Shown one piece after another: positions 11,680-24,210 of a stretch of DNA of 64,000 nt. Under the pieces are notes generated by a model, which did not search any database, had not been told where the DNA came from, and saw only the letters and a program-made list of their open reading frames with translations. A program made the position numbers and the translations under genes. Location of the stretch: assembly GCA_051362555.1 (NCBI GenBank), contig CM120649.1:10168001-10232000 (forward strand). Reading direction: 5' to 3'. This DNA comes from Lingula anatina (Eukaryota; Animalia; Brachiopoda). The number at the start of each line of letters is the position of its first letter. Within the stretch, counting starts at the first letter, position 1.

Positions 11680-11920
11680 TTACAATAAATGAAGTACTAC
11701 ATCAATTACTTTATTCCAATGCACAATAAATAAAATACTACATCAATTACTTTATTCCAATGCACAATAAATGAAGTACTACATCAATTACTTTATTCCA
11801 ATGCACAATAAATAAAATACTACATCAATTACTTTATTCCAATGCACAATAAACGAAGTACTACATCAATTACTTTATTCCAATGCACAATAAATGAAGT
11901 ACTACATCAATTACTTTATT
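11680..11920. repeat. 41-bp minisatellite (~6 units; ~3 units in paralog at 50806-50935)
   Basis: Unit acaataaatgaagtactacatcaattactttattccaatgc. Confidence 0.92.
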
Positions 11921-12675
11921 TAAAAAAATTCTGACTCAATGATCCCAGTGCTAGCTAATTTATCCCAAAATGTTTAATCACATTTCTTATTTTATTTCTT
12001 TTACATAGAAAAAACATTTAACTATAGATACATACACGAACAGTGGTATGCACTTACCCAAAAACAGCTCAATTACTGAGTATTATATTTTTGCTTCTAC
12101 ATTTCAGCATTTTCACATTTAAATAAAATAGATATGACAATTCTTTAATTATGCAAGTTTCTTAATCCAAATTGTAATATCAAGGAATGGAAAGTCACAG
12201 AAGGTGCGCAGTACCAAGCAAATGTCTGGATATGGCTAGTTTTCCTGAGAAACAATTGTCAGTTTATATGTGATACTTAAAAATACAAAAAGAAATCACT
12301 GTCTTCAGTAATTATGGTGGTATTCATAAGAAGCTGCAGGCATGGCCTGTAGTTGTCTTGCTTTATTTAAAACGGGTTATAATGCGTTCAGACATTTGGG
12401 CAGCTTGAAATATTCCAATTACTTCGGATCCTTAGAGGTAAATGAGTTCTAACTGAAAAGTATAAAACAAATTAATAAAAACAATTTTAAAATCCCAGCT
12501 GATTTTGGTCTTATTAAAAAAAAGGGAAATGTTCACATCAGTAATATTTCCTAGGTTTCATGTCACTTTGTTATAGACAAAATTCACAAACCTTTTCACT
12601 TTCTAAAACAATTATTCCAAGAGTACCAGCAGTCTTTTCCATACAAATGAGTGGGTAAAATGAAATCATTTCATT

Positions 12676-12840
12676 TCACACACACACACAAACACACACA
12701 CACACACTCTCTCTCTCTCTCTCTCTCTTCTTTCTCTTTTGCTCTTTCACTCTGAGTCTCTCTCTCTCTCTCTCTGGCTGTTTTTCTCTTTTTCTCTCTC
12801 TCCCTGGCTCTGTTTTTCTCTCTCTGTTTTTCACACACAA
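12676..12840. repeat. (CA)n/(CT)n compound microsatellite at end of duplicated segment
   Basis: Direct observation; paralog at ~51688-51830. Confidence 0.9.
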
Positions 12841-13504
12841 AATCCCTAAGACCTGTTTTGCTAAATGAGCTGATAAACAGATGAATTTTATTAATTAGCT
12901 ACTTATTAAGAAATGAATCACAACCAAAATCCTTTTTTGTTTGTTTGTTTGTTTGTTTGTTTGTTTTTTGGTCCCCTCAGTTTCTACACATGTCATCAAA
13001 CTCTATTAATAACTTTTTTCATAATGTTTCTAGGACAGACAACACAGAAAAAAAAACTTGGTAATAATGTACATTTTAAACTCTGTCACTGGACAAAAAC
13101 TGGTTCTTAAACTTAATTACTAAATATTTCAATTGCATGTCATAAGTAATAAATGCAAACAACCATTATTTATATTTTGTTCCATTTGTTTGCTTTCTAC
13201 TACAGATTGAAAACTGTTAGAAATTGTTGTTAATCACACCTGGTGAATTTTTACAATCCCTCTTCTCTCCCAGTTCAAAGAGTGTCATTTCAATATTTTA
13301 AGAAGTTATCAATCAACACAACACAACAGTCCACCTAACTCTGTCAACATTCTGTATCAGTTACTCATTAGGAATGCTGAGCTGTAGTCAACAAATTAAA
13401 GCCTAGCATAACAATACTAACAATAATAATAATAAATAAATGTATACGTGAACAAATCAAAATGACAAAACATGGGAAGTTTAGTGGTTAAAAAAAGGCT
13501 AACC

Positions 13505-14038
13505 CAGTGGTAGATTTAGGGTGCATTCCCAGAGATTTAGATCGATCCAGAGATTTAGATTTAGATCAACCTAACTCCCTGGGGGTTCACGCTAAATTGC
13601 AGTCAGCCGAGCACGCACCATAGTTAATTACCCCCTTACAGCTTTTAGTAGGCGGGACAGACGCTTAAGCCGTCTAAGCTGTCAGTAATCTAGTGAGACT
13701 CCCCACAGGGATAGATCGATCTAAAATCTATGGGAATGGGATCTTAGAGGGGGATTGGGGGGTCCTTCGGTTTCTACAAAAAAAAAAAAAAAAAAAAAGA
13801 AAAAAAAACAACACTAATTTCCCCCCTCTCAAAATCGGAATTCAAACTAGCTGATTTATAGTTCTTAAGCATTCTAAATGGCCCGATTTTGCCCTCCAAA
13901 ACACCAAAATATTTTTGGGCCCTTCAGCAGGTCCTGAACCCTACCGCAAGGGGGCCAAGGGTCAGCTTCGAATCCAAGGCCTGTAATTCGTAAAAAAAAA
14001 ACTGCCCCCCCCCTCTTCAAATCCTGGAACTGCCCCTG
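13505..14038. mobile_element. hAT-like MITE interrupted by a nested Harbinger-like MITE
   Basis: Ends cagtggtagattta.. / ..cctggaactgcccctg; removing 13519-13746 restores cagtggtagatttagagggg, matching the start of the related 14201-14501 element. No clear TSD. Confidence 0.6.
13519..13743. mobile_element. PIF/Harbinger-like MITE with TTA TSD
   Basis: TIRs gggtgcattcccagagatttagatcgatc / gatcgatctaaaatctatgggaatgggatc; TTA on both sides; internal sequence is reverse complement of part of 29816-30062. Confidence 0.75.
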
Positions 14039-14200
14039 TCATACCACCTGCAAACTGCGTTCAGCAAAGTGGTATCTTCTTTGCAGAATTATTTGCCAAA
14101 TACTGTATTTTTTCTAAAAATTTACATCGTCGCAATTGCTTTTACACATTTGATCATTTTTAATGATTCCCTCTTCTTAGGGGCTTGCTTAAACCAAAAT

Positions 14201-14501
14201 CAGTGGCGGATTTAGGGGGGTGACAGTGGGGTCCTGACCCCCTTTGATTTCTGGAAAAAATCACACCAATGGTCCCTTTCTGAAATTAAAATTTTGACTT
14301 GCTGAATCATATATCCAAACAATACTAAATGGCACCGTTGGCCCTCTAAAATACAAAAAAATTTCAGGACCCTTCAGTGGGGTCCCAACCCCACGCCAAT
14401 GAGGGTGGAGGAGGGGGGTCGAGGGTCGGCTTTGCATCCGCTGCCTTTCATTCCTAAAAAGACGGACCCTACCCCTTTAAATAATCCTGGATTCGCCCCT
14501 G
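14201..14501. mobile_element. hAT-like MITE
   Basis: TIRs cagtggcggatttagg / cctggattcgcccctg; internal similarity to 13505-14038; TSD not evident. Confidence 0.6.
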
Positions 14502-15539
14502 TATCTCTTCCCTCTGTTCTCACTGGGCTTTATATACACGGGTATAAATTACTGATTATGATACCATATACAAACTATTGATACAAAATCTATGAAAATG
14601 CAAATACAACCCACTAACAGTGACCTCTGTATTGTGGTCAACTGATGACCCCATCACCAATAGTCAGTTTACCTAAGTGTCCCTAGTGCTATCTTCCTGA
14701 CTTGTTGACCACTGTCCACTACGAGTGACCCACTTACTGTTCTCAAGAAGTGCCCGCGGTTGCCGGGTAGAAATAGTGTTGCAAGCACATAGCTTTTCAT
14801 CTTTATATATGCCCTGGAGCTGAGGGAAAGTTTACAATGTTAGTCCACCACATACTCTCCCTGCTGATTGGAAAATGGGTGTGTGTGAGAGGGGGGGGGG
14901 GGGGGGTTAACTCTCTCTTAATCCACCCCAGCTCCTATGTCTACATATCGGTTCTCATGCTGTCACAACGCGCTGGATTCTCTGCGTTTCCCGGGAGTTG
15001 AAGAGTTAACGCGGTCAGCGCCATTTTAGGGAGAGACAGATAAAATACAAATGTCTCACGATATCTGCAAACTTATACACTGTGAAATTAAATAATTGGG
15101 ACTCTTTTTTAACTTTGTAAAATATTACAATATACTAAATTTGCTTTCGGTAACTTTATTTATGTCAAATATTTTTTGGTAACTTGATAACGTTCTCTCA
15201 CCGTCTTCCCCCTAAAATGTTCCACACTAGAAAAAATCGATAATCGTATGGCAGTATTATACAGGCAATTGACCTACTTCACCAGCTGGGCGGCAATCGT
15301 CGCTATTTTACCACTTTTATGACCTGGGAGAGATTACGTCATATACACTTGGGATATGATGGTTATTTATGATTGTTTAACTAATAAATTGCGCGTACTG
15401 ATAAAATATTCATAAGTGTATCAGTGAAAAAGGAACATTTATATTTGAAAATTATGAAAAAAATGTGTAATGAACCCAAAACAAACAAAAAAATGCATTT
15501 TTCTCTTATATGCAAATTAGATTGTCTTTAGTAATAAAG

Positions 15540-15740
15540 CTGACAGGAAGTGATGCTCAAACCAGAGATTCCAAAGGTGGCGATTTTTATTAATCTTTAT
15601 TTTGATATTAAATCATTCGATAATATTTTTATCAGTAAAAATTTAATTGAAGCTACCAAACGGAATTTTTTCTTGTTACGAACCAAAGCTCGACTCGTTC
15701 CTGGAATGAATTTAAGGATTCATGTTGATTCACCGTATAG
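15540..15740 (+). mobile_element. Possible Penelope-like element remnant (end of GIY-YIG region), continues at 17145 after the LINE insertion
   Basis: Translation KRNFFLLRTKARLVPGMN resembles the RE-x-FW..L-x-T-x-P-x-G[LM]N end of Penelope endonucleases; hammerhead motif lies ~30 bp past the other side of the LINE. Confidence 0.35.
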
Positions 15741-17144
15741 TTGTTGTCTTCAACAAGTCTGGTAAAGTGGATAAAAATACAAAGTTCTTTATAAATGCCA
15801 ACCCGATCGAGACTGTGAAAGAATACACTTACCTTGGTATCACCTTTGCTAACACTGGGTCAATGAAAAAAGCAATAGTAAATCTAAAATTAAAAGCAAT
15901 GAAAGCAATGTTCTCATTGAAAGGTGCACTTTCGTCACAAAACTTATCCTCACCTCTCCTATATTTAAAACTGTTTGACAAAGTGGTAAGGCCAATACTC
16001 CTCTATGGCTGTGAAGTTTGGGCCCAAGAAATATTCAAAGAAAAGAAGATGACCCTGAACAAAATTAACCAAATGCCTTTTGAGCAAGCACATTTGAGAA
16101 TGTGCAAATGGGCACTGGGTTTGAGTAAACACGCCAGCAACAATGCCAGTCGCGCAGAGCTCGGTCGTTATCCTTTATATTCTAATATTGTTAAACAGGT
16201 ACAACGATACTGCCAAAGATTTGGAAATCTACCAAATAACAGAATAGTTAAACTCACCCATGATGCAGAACTGACAATAGGGGAAAAAGGTTGGCCAGGA
16301 GCGATTAATACTATGTTAACGACTTGGAATCTTCACAGTGAAAATGTCCCAGGGGTTCAGCAAATCCAAACACATTGCAATATTGAGGAAAAAATCAATG
16401 CTAAAATTGAAAAAATGTTCTGGGAAGAGTTAACTGATCCTCAAAGCACCAAGTTAAAAACTTATAGTCTGATAAAAAAGTCCTACAAAATTGAAAAGTA
16501 CCTGCTAACTAATGCCCCTCAGTCATTAAAAAGGGAAGTGGCTAAAATTAGAGTCAGTGATCATATCCTGGAAATGGAAAGAGGACGCTACACCAGACCT
16601 AAAACACCACGCGAGGAACGATTCTGTCCCCACTGTCCTGCAATCGAGGACGAAGTGCACTTCCTACTAGAATGTAGACACCATGTAAAAGAGAGGGAGG
16701 GCATGTTAAAACAATTCCCTAAATGTGACATGCATCACCTAGCAAGCAGTGACGAGAAGGTTAAAATCATACTAAGCCCAGAAAATGAGAAAGAATTGTA
16801 CGCTGTTGGTAAATACATTCAGAGGGCAATTTCCAAAAGAAATGAGCATCTGCCACACTGAAGTAGCCTCATCCTGCTATATATTATATGAACCTTAAGT
16901 ATGGCACATTAGATACATATAGCTATAAGCCTATCAAAGAAAATGTGTGTTCCCTCAGTGTATTGAACTATTTACAATTGTAATAAGTATTTTAAACAAC
17001 GTATACACTGTAATTAATAATCTTAAACACTGTATTAGTAGTAATCCATAGTGATGTATAACTATTTATTTATTTATATATTTGTAGTATAGAGGGCTAA
17101 CAAATGTAACTGCCACATTTAATGCTCGAATAAATTATTATTAT
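15741..17144 (+). mobile_element. 5'-truncated non-LTR retrotransposon (RTE-X-like), C-terminal RT region plus zinc knuckle; ORF open to 16861
   Basis: Motifs EYTYLGITF, KLFDKVVRPILLYGCEVW, RAELGRYPL, RVSDHILEMERGRY, CPHC..EDEVHFLLEC; 3' UTR ends AATAAA(TTA)n; TATAG duplicated at 15736-15740 and 17145-17149. The first residues of ORF 15722 derive from flank. Confidence 0.88.
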
Positions 17145-17173
17145 TATAGATCTTGATAAAAATAGAAGTATTT

Positions 17174-17215
17174 TTAATCCCCGAAGAAGGTCCAGGGGCC
17201 GAAAGCTCGGATTGA
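17174..17215 (+). ncRNA. Minimal type I hammerhead ribozyme motif (Penelope-type) with core substitution
   Basis: Stem I aatcc/ggatt, core CCGAAGA (canonical CUGAnGA), stem II ggtc/ggcc, GAAA, palindromic AGCT stem III, UC cleavage site. Confidence 0.65.
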
Positions 17216-17956
17216 ATTTAACAACTATAATGTAGATTTTTCAAGGTGCATTGATATATATATATACTTCTATTGGGATGAATTTAGTAACAGCCAGAAG
17301 GTCCTGAGAGTACTCCCCCCTCCCTCTACTCCAATGTGTTCTACATGTATGTCCTATCCAGTGGGCAGACAACGTGTACCCTCTACACACTGTTAGATTA
17401 TTTATATATGTATTCTGTATCCATTTACCTTTTTATGAATTAACGATTCCTAATATCGAGGTGCTTATAAAAAGCAATTGCTATATATCGGGGGGAGAGG
17501 GGGGAGGGGGGGGGGGCGGAATCAGTAGGGGTGGGTTACATCCTTTTTGTCTACTAAAAGTCTAGGGGTGGGCCCCAAAAATTGAGCCATGCATTTAGGA
17601 TGGGCCACATGCTAACTAGGATTTATTTTGGCACCAACTATGTGCAATTTTTGAGAACAACTATACTACACTTGGTCGAAGTAAAACAACCTGAAAGAGG
17701 TCTGTTTCTGGTTCTTTTTTCTTTTACAAGCAGTTTTTAGAACAAATAACAAAAGTTTCTTGTAGTTATCAGAGAACAGTTATAAAAGCGCATCACTGAC
17801 AAAGCCTGCCACCCAGGAATTCATTTAGAAACATATCCATAGCTGCCGTACCATAAAGTATTCTACCCAGGAAACTCCCTTGTGCAAAGAATACGTTTCT
17901 AAAGACAGGATTAATACACATCATTTTTTCCAAATAGTTGTCGGTTTAACAGATTT

Positions 17957-18027
17957 TGCATCTGTTGGGAATCAAACACGGACTGCCCGCGTTGCAGGCG
18001 AGCATTATTCCATTGAAGCTCGAGTGC
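17957..18027 (-). pseudogene. tRNA-Gly(GCC)-derived pseudogene
   Basis: Reverse complement gcactcgagcttcaatggaataatgctcgcctgcaacgcgggcagtccgtgtttgattcccaacagatgca aligns over 71 nt with animal tRNA-Gly; acceptor and T stems and A/B boxes mismatched, anticodon reads GCA. Confidence 0.8.
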
Positions 18028-19377
18028 TTCTAAGACGTAAATGTGCCCGGATGGCCCTGCCCCCCTCCCCCCTCCCCCCAATCCCCAATAATCCTTCCGT
18101 GATGCTTTCATACTTTTGTGCAAGTTTAAATGATACTCGTATTAGTCTATATGTTCTGTATTTTGAATGAGTTACAGACACCAATTTCATTTAAAGTGTC
18201 AATCTACACCTCCAAAATGTCGTAAGGTATTGTTATTGACATAATTAGATATACCTGTATCTTCTGCAACTCATAGATTTGTGTGATGAGTTTAATAACT
18301 GACACAGAGATAGTAGTAAATATATATGTATTCTACATAATGTACATACATGTATAAAATGTGTGTTAATTAAAACAAAATTAAATTCCTTCAAAATTAA
18401 TTTTTGTTTAAGATTACTTATTTCATCATGATCTATTTTAATTTTAAAAATTAAACGCACGAAACTTTCTCAGGACTGCCCTCTTTGGCCCAACTAATGT
18501 GTACATATATGTATTAAGACGAGGAAGGGTGTTTCTGTTACTGGACTTCTGTCATTAGATCTCCTTTTGTGTAAGCTTTACCTTACGTGTATTTCAAGTA
18601 CTGATGCAAATTAAATGACCATAATTAAAAACGTATAAACTATTTACATCCATTTTGATTCAAAGACTGACGTAGCAGGTACGAATGTTAACTTGATTGC
18701 CAGAAATAGTTTCACTCAGTACTTTTTATTACTATTCATTCAAACCAATGGTAATAATCTGGTTTTCTGCATGAAAGGAGTTAAATTCAAATACCAGATT
18801 TTGACCTCTAGTTCTGAACTCTCGAAATGAGGTATAGTCTGTATATGATTCTGAAAACACGGTATTGTGGAGTGGGTGGGGATATGTCTTGGAGACGGCT
18901 TTCTCTCTGTGCTCCAGATCTCGCTTTCGTGAAATCGAATAATTCGTGATTTTTATGTATATTATTGAGTCATTGAACATTCATCTTCATCTTTGTTATC
19001 TTGTTATAACCAGTAGAAAAATTACGATATGAAAGGCAAATAGAGCCTTAAGCTAAGCTATTTTCACCTCACCTGTGATAAAATAGACCGCAATACATGT
19101 AGTGTGTTTCACCAGCTAGTGATAACATGCATATTTTAAACTACGCAAATAAAGAGTTCCTTTGTATTCTCCCGCTCCAATTTATACATCTGAGGACCGT
19201 GTCTCTCTTCGACAGCTTTTAGTTATCATCTGAGTGTTAATCTGAGTGTTAATTAAAAAAAACTGCATGCTCAAAAGTTAAAATTTTGAATAAAATGCGT
19301 GCTCTATCAGGGAGCCAGTGCAACTGTTTTAAAATAAGTGTGATATGAGTCTCCCTGGGTTAAAAGACGAGATGAAT

Positions 19378-19415
<38 letters not shown>

Positions 19416-19910
19416 ATTCGCTGCAGTTTTTCTTTCTTTCTTATATACAGCCATAGGGTGCAGATATGCAGTAGTCAAATGATTTTATTATTTTTTATTG
19501 CGTTAATATCAAGATGCGTATTTCATATTAGAGATATTGAAAAATGTTGTTTTGTCAAAAGCTGACCTTACTAACGTATCGAACTCCTCTCTCTTGATGT
19601 GGTTTTGACTTTCAGTAAGGCGGCAACAGTACGTGAACAGCTCTTATAGTTTGTAGATAACCTATAACTTTATTGTTTTTCTCATATTTGTCTATCACTT
19701 TATTTACAATAAATCATTAATTGTATGGTACCATATCGCCATTCGATTGGTGCATTTGCTAACAACAGAGAATGCGCGCGCGCACACACACACTCACACA
19801 TGCATTCATGAAAGAATATGAACAAAGATGAGAGAATTATATGCATAAAATATCTTTTATTGTACAGATAAAAATATCAAAGCATCGTATATTCACAAAT
19901 AATTCGCTGG

Positions 19911-20720
19911 TTATTTTATGTCTATAAATTTATAAATCTCGAACAAAGTACCGAGTTTCCGATTGCAGCATTTCTGTTTACCTCCAAATGGCTCAATCTC
20001 ATGGTCTGTTGGTCAAACAACAAAAACTGCTCAGATATTTAAATCATTGTACCATATTGCGTCATATCAAGATAGCCAGTGACCTACATAATGTCGTTTC
20101 AATTTGGGGTTGATAAGGATCTGAAGTTAATTTTCGTCCGGCATTTTTTGAAATATGCTAAACACAAATTCGTCCAATGTATTTTTAATGTTGTAAAGTA
20201 CAAATGAAGTTTCATCCGTAAAATATTGGTGAGAGTTGAAAAGAAAAGGCGGCCACTTTAGCCTGCCACCTCCCCCTACCATGAATGTAATGGGATGGAC
20301 AGCCTGGAAGGAGACGTCACTGCCTCAGTGCTCAATGATCAGGAAGTGGATCGAAGGCGGCTTAGATATTAAGTATAAGAATGTCGTAATTTCAGCCATA
20401 TCAATATAACGTTTTAAGAAATCAATGTCAGGTATTTGGTGATAAGTTAATTGTGATTTATTTTTGAAAAGTATTTTGACGCCCGTTTGCTTAAAAGTGG
20501 TTTTGGTCATTTCCCAACATTTTCCCAACGTACTATTTATTTCCTCCACCACTTCATCTCATTGCATCTCATAAAACAAAGGAAGATGCAGTTGCACTTC
20601 ATTTTCAGTATTTTGAACTTCGTCGGTAGAAATAGTAGTGGCAGTGGAAGTTTACCGTGAGAAATGGCCAAGGAGGGGAAAATGCTGTGAAATGACTTGT
20701 GAGGGTCTGGCCATTGACAT
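19911..20720 (-). pseudogene. Single-exon decayed ORF (~270 codons), family not recognised
   Basis: One frame from aacATGtca (20720) to TAA (19911) with 7 internal stops (5 TGA, 2 TAA), includes ORF 20325-20552; TATA-like run at ~20779-20789 and AATAAA at ~19856-19861 on the same strand. Confidence 0.42.
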
Positions 20721-22989
20721 GTTGATATTTAGTGAGCAGTTGGTGGTGGAATTATAGAATATGATACAGCCTTTTAGGTATATATATATGATAACGTCCA
20801 TTTCTGGAGTAAAGAACATAATTCAAGTATTAAGGGGGTACAGTAATATACTTCCATTTCGAATATTGACAAGATTTCATAAATTAAGATTTAATATTTC
20901 ATTTCATGTGTGAGCTAAATTGAAGTCCTTGAGATTTCTGCGTGACAGATTATAAGATGAATCCTTCAAGAAATAAGAGCGAGTTGATAGCCCGAAATGT
21001 TGTTTGGGACGGATTTGAAAAGGCTCTGTCTAAAGGCGATTTTTTTCACGTGTTTTATTTATCAATATAACATCACAAATTTGAGGTCTTATAGGAATTA
21101 AATATAATATATTTAAAACGTGATCATATATCAGAATGCATGGTCATCCGTTAGAAAGCTTATTTTATTGAATTGAAATATGTTCTATACTATCGTAGTT
21201 TCAAGTTGGTCACACGTGACATGTTAAAATGTACTATTTGTTGTATTCTTCAGCAAGACAGCAATGGGTGACTTTCTAGTTTAGATCGAATGCGAATTAA
21301 GGAAGCAAAATATTCCAAATTTTATGTCGGTTTAAAGCCTAATTTTTTTTCTGTAACATTCAGCAATTTCAAATAAATCGCCAAGGAACACTATCGAAAC
21401 CGCTGATAAATTCTACAATCCCGGTGTCGAATTCTTAATTTCTGTTTTTACCGGCTTCATTCTCATTCTCCAAATGGACTGAAATCTAGAATGTAGCAAC
21501 AGACGATCATTGTGTGTCTTTCTTTTCATGTTCAGATGAGAAAACAGGCACTTCGTCCCTTGAAATTTGAACATTTGCTGACTTGTTGAAAAAGAAATGT
21601 AATTTTACGAACCAAGATCGATTATTTTGTTTTACTAGTGAAGTATGTAGAATTTACAAATTTCAATTTTCATTTGCGAAAATTCCCTTCTTGAAAAACT
21701 GATTTTGTACATGTAAATGCCATTCATAGGATGGAAAAGCAACTTATTTTGTTTTTTAGTATTTATCTCTGAATGTAGTTCTTACAATGTAAAATATGGC
21801 ACTTTTTATCATGAAAATGACTCATATTTTTGCCATTAATCTGTTGAACAAATACAGGTTCTGGGTAAAGATGATAGGACCATTTATGTGATTGAAAATT
21901 ATTTTATTTTTCAAATTTAACTGTTTTCGGCAATTCTTTCTAACCAGCGTTTTTCCTTCTATTGACCAGATGATGCAGAAATATCGTGATATTTTCTCGT
22001 ATTTAGAACAATTTATGTTCAGAAGGTTGCAAATTATTTGTTACAAGATTTTTGAAATTGAAAATGGATGTAGGAAATATGAGAAATATCGTGATATGTA
22101 CCTTGGATTTTAATCCAGATTTCATATGTGAACATGTAGTTTGTTTTCTAAATAGTTTTTTTTTTGTAACGATTTTTTAAATTTTCACATTCATTTTATT
22201 ATCTAATGTTCATTAGTCTTTACATTTTGTCAATAGCTGTATAAACGTTGTATATGATTTTACGTAGGACTTTTGACACTTTTTTGCCAAATATAACGAA
22301 AGTGCGTGTCCGTTTTTTGTTCCCAACGATAAGTGTCCGACTTTTAAAAAAAGCGTGCAATTTTAAACAGAGCATTTAACAAATGTCTCATAGTTTTCAT
22401 TGTTATATAAAGATGAAACAATGGCATATCCAGGACATTTTAAAGGGGACAAGTGTTGACATTTGGGGCGTGATGGATTCTTTCGAGGACTTGATCATGT
22501 GAGTCCAGAATGGGTCTCTCTCCTCGGGGAGGGCGGAGACTAGATCCACCATTTTATTTTAAAGAAGAAGTTGAAAGATTTTGTTCGTTTCATTAAGATC
22601 AAACATAAGACCATTAATGTGGTAGACAGTTTATTTGTCAAGTCGAATAGATAAAAATGTTATATTTTTACACTTTTAAGTGAATTTAAATGCAGTCATC
22701 AATCATATTCTCACAGATATTTGCAGTAATAAAAAGACTTACGACAATGATGTTTTATAGATACGTTTTATTAATAACTGAATACAGTAAAATAAATTTG
22801 AATTGTTCTTAATAAAAAACTTACTGAATATACAAAATGTCTTGGTGTTTTCCTGATGGCTACACGGCTCAGTGGTAGCCTGGGGTTGGGGTCCGATTTC
22901 TAGCTTGGGCACTTTGGAATTACAAAGGGGTGCTATCAAAATTTTTCTTCGGTTACTATAAGAAGAAAGTCTGCCCGGGGAGGGTGGGT

Positions 22990-23240
22990 GGGAACACTTA
23001 GAGAAGTAGGTAACGCGCTTGCCTCTGAGACAGAAGGTCCCCAGTTCGATTCCTGGCGATTCTAGGTCCTAGCAAATTACCTTTTACAAAAATAAACCCA
23101 AATAAACAATTTAGACTAATACAAGAGAATCATACGAATGAGGAAAAAGTAAGTTGGGGCAGTGGCTCAGTGGGTAAGGCGACAGACCACGAAGGAGAAG
23201 AAGACTAAGTTAATAAACAAAGGTTCGGGTCGAGCTGAAG
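22990..23240 (+). mobile_element. Degenerate tRNA-derived SINE-like fragments
   Basis: B-box-like cagttcgattcc (~23042) after ggtaacgcgcttgcct; A-box-like gtggctcagtgggtaagg (~23162) and ggttcg (~23222). Confidence 0.4.
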
Positions 23241-24164
23241 AAAAGAAAGTCAGGAATGACATTTTGCACATTTTTTAAACTACATATCTTACAACTTTTA
23301 TGTACGTTTATTATAACAAATACAAGTAATTCCACTATACAGATGTATGCAAAACCCATACATTACGTTTTGGCTCTACATAAAAAGTAATTTTTATAAC
23401 GACTTCTGACATGGTCAGTTTACAACCTTATCCTAGTCATAGTCATTTTTAAGAACAATATGTAAACAAAATTGAAAAGGTTATGCGAAAACCGGTTAAA
23501 TTAAAACAACTAATCACATTTACTCAGAAAATGCTAATAAACTCAAAGATCTCTGGTGCTCGGTGATCAAGAAACATTCAGTAAAAATAACCCAACAGCA
23601 CTGCAGGACTGGCACCTAATCAGGCCTTTTGTTCTCAATCACCCCTTGATCCCGACCGCAAAACAGAATTAAGAAAGTACCAAGTGCAAGATCAACATTA
23701 AATAAAACACTGAACTTCCAATTTTGTGTAAAACTTACTCGAACCAATCAAAGTGTCATTTTTCTGATAATATTTTGACTTTTCATATTTGATTAGACAA
23801 AAAAATCACAAAAGAAAAATGATTTTTAGACGATAAGTCAGTAAATTGGCGATTAACTGACCAATTTCGTGTTTTTAGAGGATTGACAAAAGTTGACAGT
23901 CTACAAAAGTTCGTTTAATTACTAGGAAATACCCATTACCCCAAAACAGATCTTTTCGACAACTGTAGTTTTTGATACGAATTTGATAAGGATTTCTTAA
24001 CATGTCAAGTTGTAAAAGATGCGATAAAAGCCAGTCCTACATATACATTTTATTTGAAGTAAAAGGAAACAATTTCTACTATTCACTGTTTCTCTTTGTG
24101 AGTATATCCGCCTTGTAATGAAGGTAAAAAGTTAATTTTCCTTCTTCAATAACAAAAACTTATT

Positions 24165-24210
<46 letters not shown>

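Larger units (their letters stand above)
1270..12846 (+). repeat. Segmental duplication, copy 1 (paralog at 42944-51836)
   Basis: Near-identical collinear sequence from the 62-bp minisatellite to the (CA)/(CT) tract; copies differ by insertions 4971-6771, ~9820-11718 (copy 1) and 46966-48093 (copy 2). Confidence 0.95.

Noticed and set aside
14907-15009. TTAA-flanked piggyBac-like mini element
   Set aside because: Only 4 bp of terminal complementarity (CTCT/AGAG); insufficient.
17957-18027. Functional tRNA-Cys (anticodon GCA) or alloacceptor switch
   Set aside because: Body is Gly-type with broken acceptor stem and degraded A/B boxes; anticodon change is best explained as decay.
18732-18980. 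82-aa minus-strand ORF in a GC-richer block
   Set aside because: No recognisable motif or splice context in any frame.
19911-20720. Selenoprotein or alternative genetic code explanation for in-frame TGA codons
   Set aside because: Two in-frame TAA stops are also present and no SECIS was evident; CpG/TGG decay is sufficient.
20829-20850. TTAA+GGGGG as left partner of the 33546 terminus
   Set aside because: Sequence after the G run does not match the reverse complement of 33530-33546.
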